A stretch of DNA of 60,923 nt, the filler included, from Syncephalis fuscata S228 (taxonomy: Eukaryota; Fungi; Zoopagomycota): assembly GCA_025786725.1 (NCBI GenBank). It is 2 parts of 2 records of this genome, joined end to end, with 100 filler letters (N's around TTAATTAATTAA, not from the genome) between each part and the next. Parts side by side here need not be neighbours in the genome. Positions count along the whole stretch, not along the records: positions 1 to 30,926 come from JAHLTZ010000088.1; positions 31,027 to 60,923 come from JAHLTZ010000089.1. One strand, written 5' to 3'. A model generated the notes under the pieces. The model was given only the letters and a program-made list of their open reading frames with translations, was not told the origin of the DNA and made no database searches. The position numbers and the translations under genes are program-made. Positions 24,842 to 37,911 of this stretch are shown in pieces; position 1 is the stretch's first letter, and each line of letters opens with the position of its first letter.

Positions 24842-25544
24842 TGTAGACTTTTATTGTTGAGCAACATCATCTAAGCTACATTAACAACACTTAAGATACC
24901 AACCTTTATGTTAGATCAAATGATGATTTTGATCCATGCTGCATTTGTGTTTATTCGCTTCGCTTCACGCTCTGTTCTAGTAGATTGCATGTCTTTTTTT
25001 GTTTGTTTGTTTGTTTTTTCTTTCTTAGTTAGTTATTTTTTCATTAGCGTAAAAAATGTTCGCTTTTTATTATTATTATTATTACTATTATTATTACTAT
25101 TATTATTACTATTCTTTACTATCAGTGCCATTATTAACATTGTTACAACTTTATTTTAAAGATTGTAGCTTAGATGACTAAGCAGCGTATTATACTGGAC
25201 TGACGTTTACTATAATGTTAGTATTTAATGTGTACTAAGATTTGTCTAAATGCTTAAAATATAATGTACTGATCATTAATTATCGCAGTTCAAATATAAT
25301 AAACTGTATGACACTAACCAAAATAAAATGAGACAAGGTTATTGTTTTTTTATTGCTATTAAATAAGATTATTATTTGCAGTAAACATAGCCAATAATAA
25401 ACAAACTTTATATTGGTTCATTACTAGTGCAGTATATCAATTTACATAGCTATTCATATATCCACAACAAACAACTATTTACTTATTGCTTATCATATCA
25501 GGATGATAGCAGCATTAATATTAAGCAATCTATTAGCTACTTAT

Positions 25545-26190
25545 GGTTATTTAAAGGACATATGACTATGTTTAATTATATTTTATTTATTGAACTAACA
25601 TTCTTTCTAGCAAACATGAAACTAGATGATGGATGACATCAGCCATTAAAATATTTATTATCGTAGATTCATTATCCAACACACGTGTATATTTTATTTA
25701 TTACTACTATTCCACTATACATCCATACTAGTATATACTATTGTATCAATGGAGAAGTAACATTGAAGCTATTCAATACAATCATTATGCTGATAATTGT
25801 GTCTGTACAGCAGCATAACCTACTACTATTGAGATTGCACTTGCTGTTACCAGCACAACTTGTAATAACAATCCATAGCAACAACAAATCATATAAAGAA
25901 ATTTACAGCATATTCTAAACAGCATAAAGTAAAGCCAAAAATATACTTGTTATGTTAACAACAATGCCAATATCAATTATTGGAGTAATGAAGGTCAGAT
26001 TACAAAGAACAATGCAAAGACATAACATAGAATATATAATTATACCAGTAGTCAATCAACCATTGATACTATCTATGTAGTATATGGAGTGTACAAGTAT
26101 ATGTAGTGGATATATGTTATCAAGTGTATTAAAAGAATAAAAGTTAATTGATCCAACATGTTAGTACATCATAAAACATATCAAAGATGT
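25545..26190 (+). repeat. Repeat family A plus extension; inverted copy of about 1870-2730
   Basis: Family A core at 25545-25745 followed by sequence matching the reverse complement of 1870-2480. Confidence 0.75.
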
Positions 26191-27837
26191 TGAATAATAA
26201 ACTTATAAAACAATGTCATTTAACTCTAAAAGATTTATTTAAATAAAAACTATTGCTATCATTACGATTACTATTATTATTAACATTATAATTATAGTAA
26301 ATAACAGTTTTTGGTAATATTTGAATAGTATTAAATAGTTTATGGATTACTTGTAAATTCTTATTATTTCGCCCACTTTTCTTTCTAGCTACTATTTTAT
26401 TATAACAATGGTAAGTAGAATCTAATAATAGTATAAAGGAGTGAACTATTGTAATGACGAGTTCATAGTATCATCCTTGTTCTTAGTGTGCCATACGGCA
26501 TGTAAGATTGATAACATACTAAAGCGTCGGTTTTTACTTTAAGTAAGGCTCTCGGGCAAGATTCCAAACATCTACTGGTTGAGAATCAGAGAGATGACGG
26601 GTGCCGGAACAATAGCCACTGTCTTCAACTATAAACTATACTATATACTATTAATAACCACTAACGTAATAACTGTTACTAGATTACAAGTACATAATAT
26701 AACAAGTTACAATATCAACAGTATAATAATAAAGATCAACCGTAACATTGATAATAGTACTATTTATTAATCCTATCTATATACAATAGTAATAGTAAAA
26801 ACCATAATAATGCTTAGTCGTCAATGTCGTCATTTTCTATCTTGCCACCACTCAATTCGTATCTGACATCATTTTTACCTTTTAATTGTATGATTGGGCC
26901 AATCATTACTCTATAGAAATTACACACACACACAAGCCACTCACTCACTTTTTACTTACTTTTATTGATTGCTCTTTAACAAACCCTTGCTTATCTACAA
27001 AATAGTGATGAATTTGTAACACATACACAAGAGAAAGAAAGAAAAAAGACATCTATTTTTTATATATACATCGTATTTACTCTCTATTACTACTTATTAA
27101 TAGTGAAGTAATAGTGGTGGTCTATTTTTTCTATACTATTTTTCATTTTGTCTAATACTGTTACAACTGTTGGTCATCTTTTTCCATTTACTCTTTCTAA
27201 CTACAACTATTACAACTGTGCGTCTATTACGTCGCTTTCTTTTCCCGTCTATACATCAGTAACAATAATAGTAGTTTACAGTCATTATTGGTGGTGTTTA
27301 TTCTTGTATACTCGTTTACACTATTGTTAGTCAATTGCGCGCGTATTTGTATTGCTCCTTACTAGCCGCACTATACCACTGCCACTACTACTATTGCCAC
27401 TACTACTACTACTACTACTACTCGTTTCTTTGTATGTCCTTTTTGGCACAACTGTCTACATTTAACGTATATACTAGTCGCTACTGACTTGCCCGAGTCT
27501 TCCTTGGTGACAGACTATACCATTGTGACACCTCAAATCTTTTACAAGTAATTGCAATTGGTTTAATAACCAAGCCTATTCTTTTCTTTTGAATCGCGTA
27601 AAGGTACGTGGAATGTGAAAGGGCGCAAATAGGCCGAAGTTGATGGCAGCCACTATAAGATAGCACTACTAACCGATCGAACTAACATTCTCTTCTATAG
27701 TCTATACTACTACTACTACTATACTAGACACTTTGAGTGGATGCCTCTGTGTACAGAATAGACGCTACTATCTTATTGACTTTTAGCGTTACGTGTCACC
27801 ACAATCTCGTCATCTTGGATTTGTGGCCTCGACGGCC

Positions 27838-30800
27838 ATGTCCACAAATGAATCCGAGGCTAATCGACGTTTGCAGGCTCAATCCGAGTCTTTGCCTGCA
27901 GCGTCTGTATCGGCCACGAGCCGTGAACCAACCGAGTTGTCTCAACCTATAACCACATCGTCGAATCAACAATCTACACCGCCAGCGTCAATTCCAACGA
28001 CCACTGCGGCAGCAGCAGCAGCAGCGGCAAGTGCGGCAGTTGGTATTGCATCGAGTGTTATGACGAGCTCAAGTGTAGCCGCTGCCTCATTTGCCCGCGG
28101 TCCTTCTTCCGCACGACTAGGTGGATTATTCCGCGTATTTAGACCACGGAAAAGTGCATCTGAAGAAGAAACATGGCGTTCTATGGGCACTGATACTCAA
28201 CAGGACCTTGCTAATCCAGAAATGTTATTATCCGCTGAAAATCACGCCGAAAGTGATGGCTATCGTTTATTAATGGCATTTAAACAGGCCAATTCATCAA
28301 GTCAACGGGCCCGTGTAGCCAGAAATATTGCTACAGTAGTCCGAGAACGCCGTGTCGATCATTTAGAGGCTATTTGGGCCGCTGTATCTGAACTATTAAC
28401 AGCCAATGAATCTGCCGATGCGCGCCGTGCCGCATTTGAAGTCATGCTTGCATGTATTCACGGACAGTATACACGACTCGATTTACTACGACCCGAATTC
28501 TATCGCACCCTACAAGACTATGACCAACAAGAAGATACAGAACTGCGTATTACTGCACTTCGCGCCCTTATTAAAGACGGTAGAGATATTAGTGGGTTTG
28601 AGAAAAGCGTTGGCCGAATGCTACTTGAATGGCTACGCCAACTATTTGAACGGGCGCAAAGAGCAGCCGCCCAAAGCCTTGACATTTCTCAACTCACCTC
28701 TGGCTATAGTGGATCATTATCACGGTCATCGGGTAGCGGTAATGGCAGTGCACGTCTTTCTGCACTGGCCGGCAGTGCTTCACAACGTGTAGCCGCATCC
28801 AGTTCCAGCAATCCATACCATCCACAATTCAGTGCTGTGCTTTCACTACTGGTCAATGTAGTTAAATTCAACGCATCCTGTTTTGAAGAACGAGAAACTG
28901 CCCGTTTAATTGAAGTTGTTTGTCGAATATGCGATAAAACACTCTATCCAGAAGATGTTCAAGGCTGTCTAGGATTTATGGATGTCGCTGTACGCTATGC
29001 CTATGTACCGCCCGCTGCTTTAACCAGCTATGTACGCACACTATGTCGCTGTGTTAATCTAGACCAATTTGCCCGTAATAGTTGGGCTATTATGCGTAAC
29101 TTACTTAAAAGCCATTGTGCACACGGGGCCATTCTTATTCTCTGCTCCATTCTTGAAGATGATCGGCATGCATCGGTAGTGCCTTTATTACGCGGTGCCG
29201 TCTTCTTTCTAGGCATGTCCAGTTGGGGATCACAGCGAGTTGAAACGCTATCACATACGTTTTCACGCGCCCTTAATGCCATGAAACGAGCACTGTCCTA
29301 CAAACGCGCCAATGTAGATTATGAAATACTACTGAATATGAATCGACTACTTAAGAAATATGCGGCTAAATTAACAACATTTGAATGGGAAATCTATTTT
29401 GATATGCTTGAATATCTAACGCATTATGCACTCAATCGTCATAAGAGTGATCAACCTAGTAAACAACACTCACCTATTAATCCAGCTAGTAGCGTTGATA
29501 ATACGGCCACTAGTCAAGTACCCACCGAATTTGTAGATGCTTCTATGGCCACACTCATTGATCAACCGGACGATGAACTGCCATGGATGATTGTAAAAGC
29601 ATTTGCGCGTATTGTAGCTCGATTGCAAATTGACTATCAGCAACGTGAATTAGCCGGTCCAACCCATCGATTTATTCGTGTACTTGAACGACTACAACCA
29701 TGTCTTACTGAAGAATCAGCCCTACTGCTACTTGATTATTATAGATCACAAGATGCATTCTATCCTGTATCTATCGACTGGTTACAAGCATTGTCAAGTG
29801 CTATTAATCGATTCTATCGAGAAGAGAAACGACCAAAAATACGCGCCCGAATGTTATCTATTGTCGCCGAAGTCTATGAAGGCACTAAAGATATGTATGC
29901 CAATCAAGTGGTACCCACTCTATTGTTACCAATGTTATCCACTACATACAATGAAACAGATGATATAGTGAAACAACAAGCATTACAACTATTATTACTC
30001 ATTGGCATGGATTGTGATCCACTTGATCAAATAACAACGCTATCCAATGACATAACAGTGCCAGATACTACAAATACTACAGATATAACAATGGCTAATT
30101 ACAGGTATTTAAGTGGTATACTTGAAGCCATTGTAGCCTGTCTATCCTGTACATGTCCATTCCCTAATAGTACACATCATTTCAATGCATCAACATCAAA
30201 ATCTAAAGTAAATGGCGGTCATAGTCCAGTGTTAACTCGTTCAACATTACGTGGCGTTCAATCGACAATGAATAGAACTACGTCGTCATCCAGTGGACCC
30301 TCCACTTCTGCAACCACGACACATACTGGTGGTGGCAGTCTATTCGGATCGCCTAATGCCACCAATACACCATTTATACCGCGCGTTATTCAATCTAACT
30401 GTTATGCCCATTGTGCTGCTCGCTGTCTAGTTACGCTATTTGATGATACACTCTATCGACCAGATCCCACACCATCTCTAATGATATTTCGCGAAATGAC
30501 TGAAGCACTGCGTAATGATACACTCCATGCCGCGACTCGACTCATTCTACTGCATTGTCTATTACGATTAAGAGCCAATCCGGCTGATCATCGTATTTAT
30601 TTGGTGGACTGTGCCTCAGCTGGTGTAGATCACACTGAACCACCGTTTACTGTACCATTACTGGCATCATTGGCCGCGGTCTATCGGCTGAGTCAGCCAT
30701 ACCGGGACATACACGCGCTGGACCAGGTCGACGACGGTTAACGATGGATACAGAGCGTATTGGTGGATATACACGTCCTCCACTATCTAGTGATCCTACA

Positions 30801-30926
30801 CAATTGGGCACTAGACGTACAAGTGAACCACCACTCCCGCCTATACCATTAAGTAATAGTCTAGGATCACCTTCTGGACTAAGGAATGAAACCATTTCTT
30901 CAGTATTAGAAGAAAGTATCAGTAAT
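27838..30926 (+). CDS. TSC2: Tuberin (TSC2, Rheb GAP), N-terminal part, truncated by the spacer
   Basis: DUF3384-type helical region (LLRGAVFFLGMSSWG, VDYEILL, EWE), tuberin-domain LLRLRANPADHRIYL; one-base frameshift near 30646-30648 continues into the 30744 ORF. Confidence 0.9.
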
Positions 30927-31026
30927 NNNNNNNNNNNNNNNNNNNNNNNNNNNNNNNNNNNNNNNNNNNNTTAATTAATTAANNNNNNNNNNNNNNNNNN
31001 NNNNNNNNNNNNNNNNNNNNNNNNNN
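30927..31026. other. Artificial 100-nt contig spacer with a six-frame stop linker
   Basis: N44 + TTAATTAATTAA (30971-30982) + N44. Confidence 0.97.
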
Positions 31027-32434
31027 AAAATAGAAAATACTGTTTTATTAAACAGCTAAGGCAACCAATCTTTATGTTTAAATGCTACAGCCTGCTAATG
31101 GCTAATCAGTTGAAATTAGCGTTTTATAGGTGTTTACAATGTTTGTTAAAGTTGATGAGTTTATATTGCCAAGACAGCTACTAGCGCGTTTTTAGTATAA
31201 TCAGTGGCCTTGCGTAAAGATAAAATTAATTTGGATAAAGATTTATCCAAAAGTAAAGGTCCTTCATAACTACCAAGATCTGGCTGCAATATATCTTTGA
31301 ACGTGTATCTTAATTTTTGATATTCCTTAAATAAGATGTGGATTTTTATTAATAGATACGAGTACGGAATCTAGTGTAATAAAAAAATTCTTGTTTTAAA
31401 ACCATTTTTAATTGTTGATAGTGTTTTTAGCTGAGGCTTCGATGCTTGATTTTGCCAAGAAGCGACGAGAGAGGCGAGCACAGTTCAAACAAATGTGTTG
31501 CAATCTATCTTTTGATAAAACTTCACGTGTCTCTATAGGTGGTAGAGAAGTAAATTTTGCAATGGTGCAGAGTCCTAAATCTTGAACTAGCTCATTTGCT
31601 GCTATTGGACTTGCCATGGCGTTGAATAAAGGTAGTAATAATTGGAAAGTCAGATGACCAGTAAATAATTTAACTAAATAATAACTAATGATCATGTTGG
31701 GTTGATAGATGCCAAGTCAGCCAATGTTTCAAAAATAAATAACTAAGCATATTGTTTGAATAGCGGTTTAGAAATGCTAACAATGACTTGGGAGACAAGG
31801 ATAACAAAGAAACAATCAAAATACCTAGAAAAGCTAAGAGCAGACTGTGTTTTATTGTCTAAAGCAACGTATGCGTATGTATTATCCGCAAACGTTTCAA
31901 ATTTTATGCAGAAACTACAAATTTGTTTAAACTTTCTGATTGTCTTTGACTATTTGCCTTATCAGTAGCAATCCACCGCACAAGTGTAAGCAATTCTAGA
32001 AATCTTTTATAACAATATCATTTGGGTATATAAATAAGCTATACAAATTGCTGAATATACTATATCGTGTTTAGTACACGATAGAATACTGCATTCAATA
32101 CTTATTGAGTCATCTGAATTGATTGGTCAAGTATTTGCTAATTCAGCTTTTAATATCAGCTTTAAAAACAAGATAAAAATAAATAAATAAATAATCATTA
32201 GGCGACTAATAAAGTAACAATATCTTGCCTAAGTGGTTATCAATTATTAGGAACATTTAGACTATTCTTGTTTAATGTACTATTGGATAGCAAAACAATT
32301 ATTCATTTTACTTGTACCTTTAAAAGACTAATATTAAACATTTGATAATTATTTATTTGTATGATTATGTATATTGTTTAGCTAAAAGACAATCGTGTTT
32401 TGTTGCTATTTTCAATAGTTTATAAGCCTTGCTA

Positions 32435-33613
32435 TTAGTATATGATTGTTGAATAATCACCAATCTCTTTAAACAGTCTTTCAAAACCACCACTAGAACC
32501 AGCTGTATCTTCGGGAACCTTTCTCCAAGCAACGTTTTTTTCTACATATTGATTCATCAATGTATTTAGATATAAATAATTAATCATGTTTTCCGGACTG
32601 CTGCTGAATTTCAATGTTTTTGGATCATAAACCTTGGTAAAATATTCATTGATGATCTTTCCAGAACCGTCGTCATTAAATGGTATTTTACCAATAAGTA
32701 TGAAATATAAAGACACACCAATTGTCCATGCATCAAGCATACGAACATCGGAGTTTCCACTAGAGTACTCGGGTGCACGGTAGTTGAAGGCACCTCCCAA
32801 CGGCATTTTCTTTGGGTCGGACAAAAAGTACACAGAGTATTCAAGGTTGGCCAGAATTGCTCTTGGTTTACTCTTTGGATCAACATGATAAATCAAAATA
32901 TCTGAAAAGTATCAATTAATACGACGTAAACTAAAATCAATCGGCAACTTACTGTCTAGATTTATATTTCCGTGCGTCATTTTGCGATTATGAAGAAACG
33001 ACGTGGCTGTTTGACAAGTATTAGTATATACTAGTTTATACAATTCAAATCACTAATTACTTACCAGTTACCACTTGTAAAAATATTTGCTTAATATATT
33101 CAGTTTTTTTTACTGCTTCAAGCTTATTCACATAGACACTTAAAGGAATTAATTTTTTTGCCGAAGCCAGAATGGTGCAGTACATGCCGTTGCCTACGTC
33201 AACACTATCATATCGCGGTAGGAACATTTGATTGAATACGCTCATGTGATGCTCGTTATTTCCAGCAATACTATATATATTCTGTCAAATAGGTTAGCTC
33301 TCATATGCAATATTTTAATGACGACACTTACTTTGTATGCATTATTTTCATTTATGTAATCTGCCTTCTTGTCGGTACACTTGACGGATACGGGCCGTGT
33401 TTCTACTTTTTCATTAATTCTTACTGGTAACTCTTTTTCTAACCAAACGATGCCGGTCGTTTTGGCAATATTTAGCGATTCCAAGTAGATTTTTTTTAAA
33501 TCAGGCAAAAATCCTTCATTATTATTTCGTCTAATGACTGATCCAAACGAGCCATTTATCAAGAGCGCAGTAGCGGATGCGGTAATAAATTGAATAGTAA
33601 GTAGTCGTACCAT
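32435..33613 (-). CDS. Secreted protein-kinase-fold protein, probable pseudokinase
   Basis: Signal peptide MVRLLTIQFITASATALLINGSFG, three introns, VSVKC, catalytic loop THGNINLDNILI, ANLE at the DFG position, YRAPE, DAWTIG...GKIPF. Confidence 0.85.
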
Positions 33614-35428
33614 TTTGATGAAGTAGAAGATGATTGTCGGAATATCGAGTTGGCAGTTGTACAAATTTTGCAGCTATTTATTGTTAAAGTATTTGGTGAC
33701 AAGCTATAGACAGTTAACCTGTCACCTCTTACCAGTGCCCCCAATTATGTAAATGTAGCTTGTACAGAAACGTGGTTCTACGCCATCGTATAGACTGCTA
33801 TAATGCTAAATTAGTGTTTTTCAAACACAGTTCACTCGAGTTGCCATATGCATGTGAAACTACCAGCATATAATGCAATTCTTCTTATAGAAGTGGAGTA
33901 TTGCATTGGAAAAGACCGTGTAATTCTACTTAACAGCGTAAAGTAAACAAAAAAGCATATTCGTGCATTTCACACTCTTAGAATATTGCCTGGTTTAGAA
34001 AAGTAATTTTATGCTGAGAAACTGATGTACATACAGTAGATGGTTGGTTTAATTATGTACAGTCGAGGCCTGTTAGTATGAATGATGGCTAGCAGCTGGC
34101 AGGTCGCTTCTTGGTACTGTTGCTGTTTCATAATGACACGTTTCGCAAGATAATAGCAAGTTATTTACCGCAAGCTAGTTGGCTACTGCTAGACCCTTGC
34201 GACATTCGGATGTGTGGGGTTGCTTCCCCATAGAAAAACAAGTTTTCCCCGCCTTTTGTTTTACCATGCCATTCTATATTTTCAGTATATTCCTGAATGA
34301 TCAGAGTAACTGCATGTGAGATACATTTATAGATGAGCATGTGCTATTATTTTTATGAAACAACGCAATTAAACTACTTATGACTCTTCACTGCTATGTA
34401 TTAATCCAAGCGATGTACTATTGCAATAGAAGCTTGTTATTGTATCAATAAACTGGTTTGTATACTACTAATTACAGCAAAAAAGGTTTTGGTATACCAC
34501 TGCTAGTTACTGCGTGCATTATTAACTTCATTGCCACATTTACCATTACATTTAATACATTTTAAGAGAAAATAGCTAATAAAATATTGCTATACGCATT
34601 TTAGTGTATTTCGGTTTATCTAATCTTTCCTATCATTTATTAGCGTATAAACGCTATCAATACTGTATAATCATATAAACAATGATTGATTTACAAACAA
34701 ACAACTGATTACCACGTGCCAACAAGCAGTGTCAAGGAATACATTTATTGAATGATTGGCGATAGCAATGCATGTTTTATCTTTTAAAATTATGACTGAT
34801 TAATTTATTTATAGCTTCGTGCCACCGTTCTTCTCCGAGCCGATTTGCATATGCCAAATATCAATATTACTAATAATTGCAAGTGCTTTGATCCAAATCA
34901 TGTACTAACATTTTACATTTATTTATTTATCCTACTCAAACTATTGCTATAAACATTGTAATAGACGTAAGCTAGAAATGATTTTTTATAAATACTTAAA
35001 GCATACCCAGCTAATTATTATAAAATTTATCGTAAGTAATCAACATTTACATTTATTACCTTTAAATTGTAAGAATAATCATACCAATGTACTGATTAAA
35101 ATAAACCCAATTAGTAATATCAATCGCTGAAAATGTTAGCGAGTTCAATTCAAATGATCAATATGTGTTTTTATGTTATAAAACAGCTTAACGAATACAT
35201 TTATGATTATCTATTCAATCTTGAACTAGTTATCTGTTTAAATCGATGGCCAAGGCAGGATGCATAAAAGTTACAATGCTTTCTTTTAACGAAGACAGTG
35301 TTACACTCACCGTGTAATCACTTGGTTTAATGCGGAAATACCACCACGTGTTGGCCTTAACGCAATATCAAATTCATTCTGTTCGCCGTTTTTTATTGCT
35401 GTTGTTTTGGTACTAGTACCAGTTTATT

Positions 35429-37306
35429 ATGAAAAAGCAAGCCGTGTCAAAATTACGGTCAACTTCTGAGAAAAGTGAATACAGAGGATTGGGTCGATTG
35501 TTCCGTCGACAAAAATCGGCTACTGATATAGCCACAAAAGCTGGCCATAAGGCCTCTAAATTTATAAAGCTACCCGTTGAGCTGCTATTACAAGTGGCCA
35601 AGTATGCTGACCAAGAAAGCTTACTGCGACTTATTCTCACATGTCGCCTAGTCTACTGGCAATTGACGAACATCTACGACTGGAAACAGCGCTATGCTAT
35701 CGACTATCCCATCAGCAACCGACGAGAACTAACTTGGCTGCGCCAACATGCCCGTCGTTTAATGACACCTGGCTTGTCGAAACAACCGTTAAAGACATCT
35801 GCCGAATGGTTTTCCGCCTATTGTAGACGGCGTACGACAGAAGAAAACATGCTTCATAACCGATGTGTTGAATATTCCTTCTCGCTACCCACTGCTTTGT
35901 CGGTAGGGGGGAAAGGACTTCGCAGTGTGGGGAAAAGTAGCTACAGTGTGAGGAAAGGTAACGACAGTGTGTGGACAGTAATGGCGGCCGATGCACGGCG
36001 TACGGTCTTTTACCAGCGTATCAGTCATCGAATATTTGTTGTACGTGCCGATATTCCCAATAGCGATCATTCAGATGCACAATCACAATCACTAATGGCG
36101 AAACGGCGGTGTTGGGAATTAAAATGGCCCATCGAGCCACAGCTCGTCAATATCATGGCAATGGATGACACTTTTCTTGTGGCAGAGTGTCGGTCACGTT
36201 ATAAAAAAACATCATTTCTATGCATTTGGTCCCACCGAGGCTCGTTTGTGGTGTCTAATCCCAATACATCAATAAATCTTGTTGTAGTACACGGCTGCTG
36301 GCTGCTGGCACAGTTGCCTGATATGAACGGCTCAATTTATGGATGGAGTCGCTTTCAAGTGTATAATCTTATTACAAGACGATGGTGTTCCGGGGCGATT
36401 GTTCTACGTCGATATCAACGACCATGTCTTCTTGACATTGATGAGCAAACGGCGTACGTACACGTTTGCTTTACGCGAAGCAGCGACACAACCGTGCAAT
36501 GGCAACTATGGGAATTCAGCGTATATCATCCAGCTCGCTGTATTAACACAGGTGAATTTCCTCGGCCTTTACTTGAAATGCAAATTTTGGAAACCGAAAG
36601 TTATAGTGACAGCGAAGAATTGCGCAGACCCGAGTCAATCACAGAGGGTATACGCTACTGCTATAGTGAATCATATGATACAAACTCTATTATCTACGAC
36701 ATTGCAATATATGCAGTTAAGTCATATCACATTATAGCGCTACAGCATATTAGCCGAGTGCCTCGGGACAACAAAGAATCTGTTCGCTGGCAATTATGCG
36801 TGCCTGGCCATGTTGATCTTGTGGGAACACTTAAATCATCCAAATTATTACTACTCCATTGTCGCGAACATTTCAAATTGTTATCGATGAAGGATGGATC
36901 GCTTGTTTATTCTTATGCACTTAGTCATGCAAATTACACTGCTCCTGTACTTGGCAATGCCTGCGCGCTATTTTATCAATCTGGCAATCCTCACCAGCTG
37001 TACAATGCCATGACTAGCAAGAAATGCCTACCGTGGACAACAGAAGATGGTGGCCAAATTGCATTGTATGGATGGCGACAACTGTCGGTAACACATCTTG
37101 TTGCCAAACGAGGAATTCAACCAGTAATTCTTGATTACTTGCCTATAGATAAACAAGGGCACTGCCTATCAACTAATTTATATCCGTACGCGCACAAACA
37201 GTCCAATGATATTGCAAATCTATTACCGCTTCGCGTCAAGGATTACATTACAACATTTACCGCATGGAAAAATAGTGCAATTACAGATAATAAAAACAGA
37301 AAGTAA
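35429..37306 (+). CDS. F-box protein with divergent beta-rich C-terminal region
   Basis: Intronless 625-aa ORF with F-box KLPVELLLQVAKYADQESLLRLILTCRLVY...WK. Confidence 0.85.
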   Translation: MKKQAVSKLRSTSEKSEYRGLGRLFRRQKSATDIATKAGHKASKFIKLPVELLLQVAKYADQESLLRLILTCRLVYWQLTNIYDWKQRYAIDYPISNRRELTWLRQHARRLMTPGLSKQPLKTSAEWFSAYCRRRTTEENMLHNRCVEYSFSLPTALSVGGKGLRSVGKSSYSVRKGNDSVWTVMAADARRTVFYQRISHRIFVVRADIPNSDHSDAQSQSLMAKRRCWELKWPIEPQLVNIMAMDDTFLVAECRSRYKKTSFLCIWSHRGSFVVSNPNTSINLVVVHGCWLLAQLPDMNGSIYGWSRFQVYNLITRRWCSGAIVLRRYQRPCLLDIDEQTAYVHVCFTRSSDTTVQWQLWEFSVYHPARCINTGEFPRPLLEMQILETESYSDSEELRRPESITEGIRYCYSESYDTNSIIYDIAIYAVKSYHIIALQHISRVPRDNKESVRWQLCVPGHVDLVGTLKSSKLLLLHCREHFKLLSMKDGSLVYSYALSHANYTAPVLGNACALFYQSGNPHQLYNAMTSKKCLPWTTEDGGQIALYGWRQLSVTHLVAKRGIQPVILDYLPIDKQGHCLSTNLYPYAHKQSNDIANLLPLRVKDYITTFTAWKNSAITDNKNRK

Positions 37307-37911
37307 GCATATTTTGTATGGTTGTGCTTTTGGCATCTCATTACTTTTGTTAATTACATAATATTCATGTAACATCTACTATAAATAATAATAATTCTGG
37401 ATTTCTATCAAACCACGCTTGCGTTATTTTTAATTTAAACTAAATAGCTTTAAATATAAACTTATTAGTATATAAAAACATAATTTATAGTCTTTGCTTT
37501 ATTATTTAAAGTCTATGGCAATACATTATTTCAGTATAAATGCTTAGGACTTAATGTGATATACGTACCAAGGCGCCTTTACAAAGTCAATGACTACATG
37601 CATAATGCGTGTGATTCACCGTTGAATTATGTCATAGCTTTGCAGTACGAAAATACGAGTCAATCGTAATCTAGACTTGCCCCAAAACTATGCTGTGTTT
37701 AAGATACATCAATCATTATTACGCCACATAAATACACGCCTTTGGAATTTGCAGTTTTGCACGTTCAAGCAAATGGCACTATGCTTTAAATACTGCGTAA
37801 TAAACACACGTTAGATCAAAATATGTATTCATTTTGTTAAATTGGCTGTCTTTTTATCTTGCTTGACTACTTTGCTTCCTTTACATGTTTGATTAAACCT
37901 CTACTATCAAC

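Noticed and set aside
26400-26640. GC-richer island with ATG|GTAAGT: possible small gene or ncRNA
   Set aside because: No convincing spliced ORF and no recognisable snRNA, snoRNA or tRNA motifs.
25065-27425. (TTA)n at about 25065-25113 and (TAC)n at about 27380-27422
   Set aside because: Ordinary microsatellites in UTR or intergenic DNA.
30971-30982. TTAATTAATTAA palindrome as a biological site
   Set aside because: Centred in an N run; standard artificial six-frame stop linker.
31408-31695. 95-aa minus-strand ORF
   Set aside because: No recognisable motif or gene structure; may be a fragment.
33780-35100. Possible second micro-exon array (scattered AG-short-GT units near 33890, 33935, 34000, 34965)
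   Set aside because: Few units, lengths not consistently multiples of 3, and no signal-peptide exon found.
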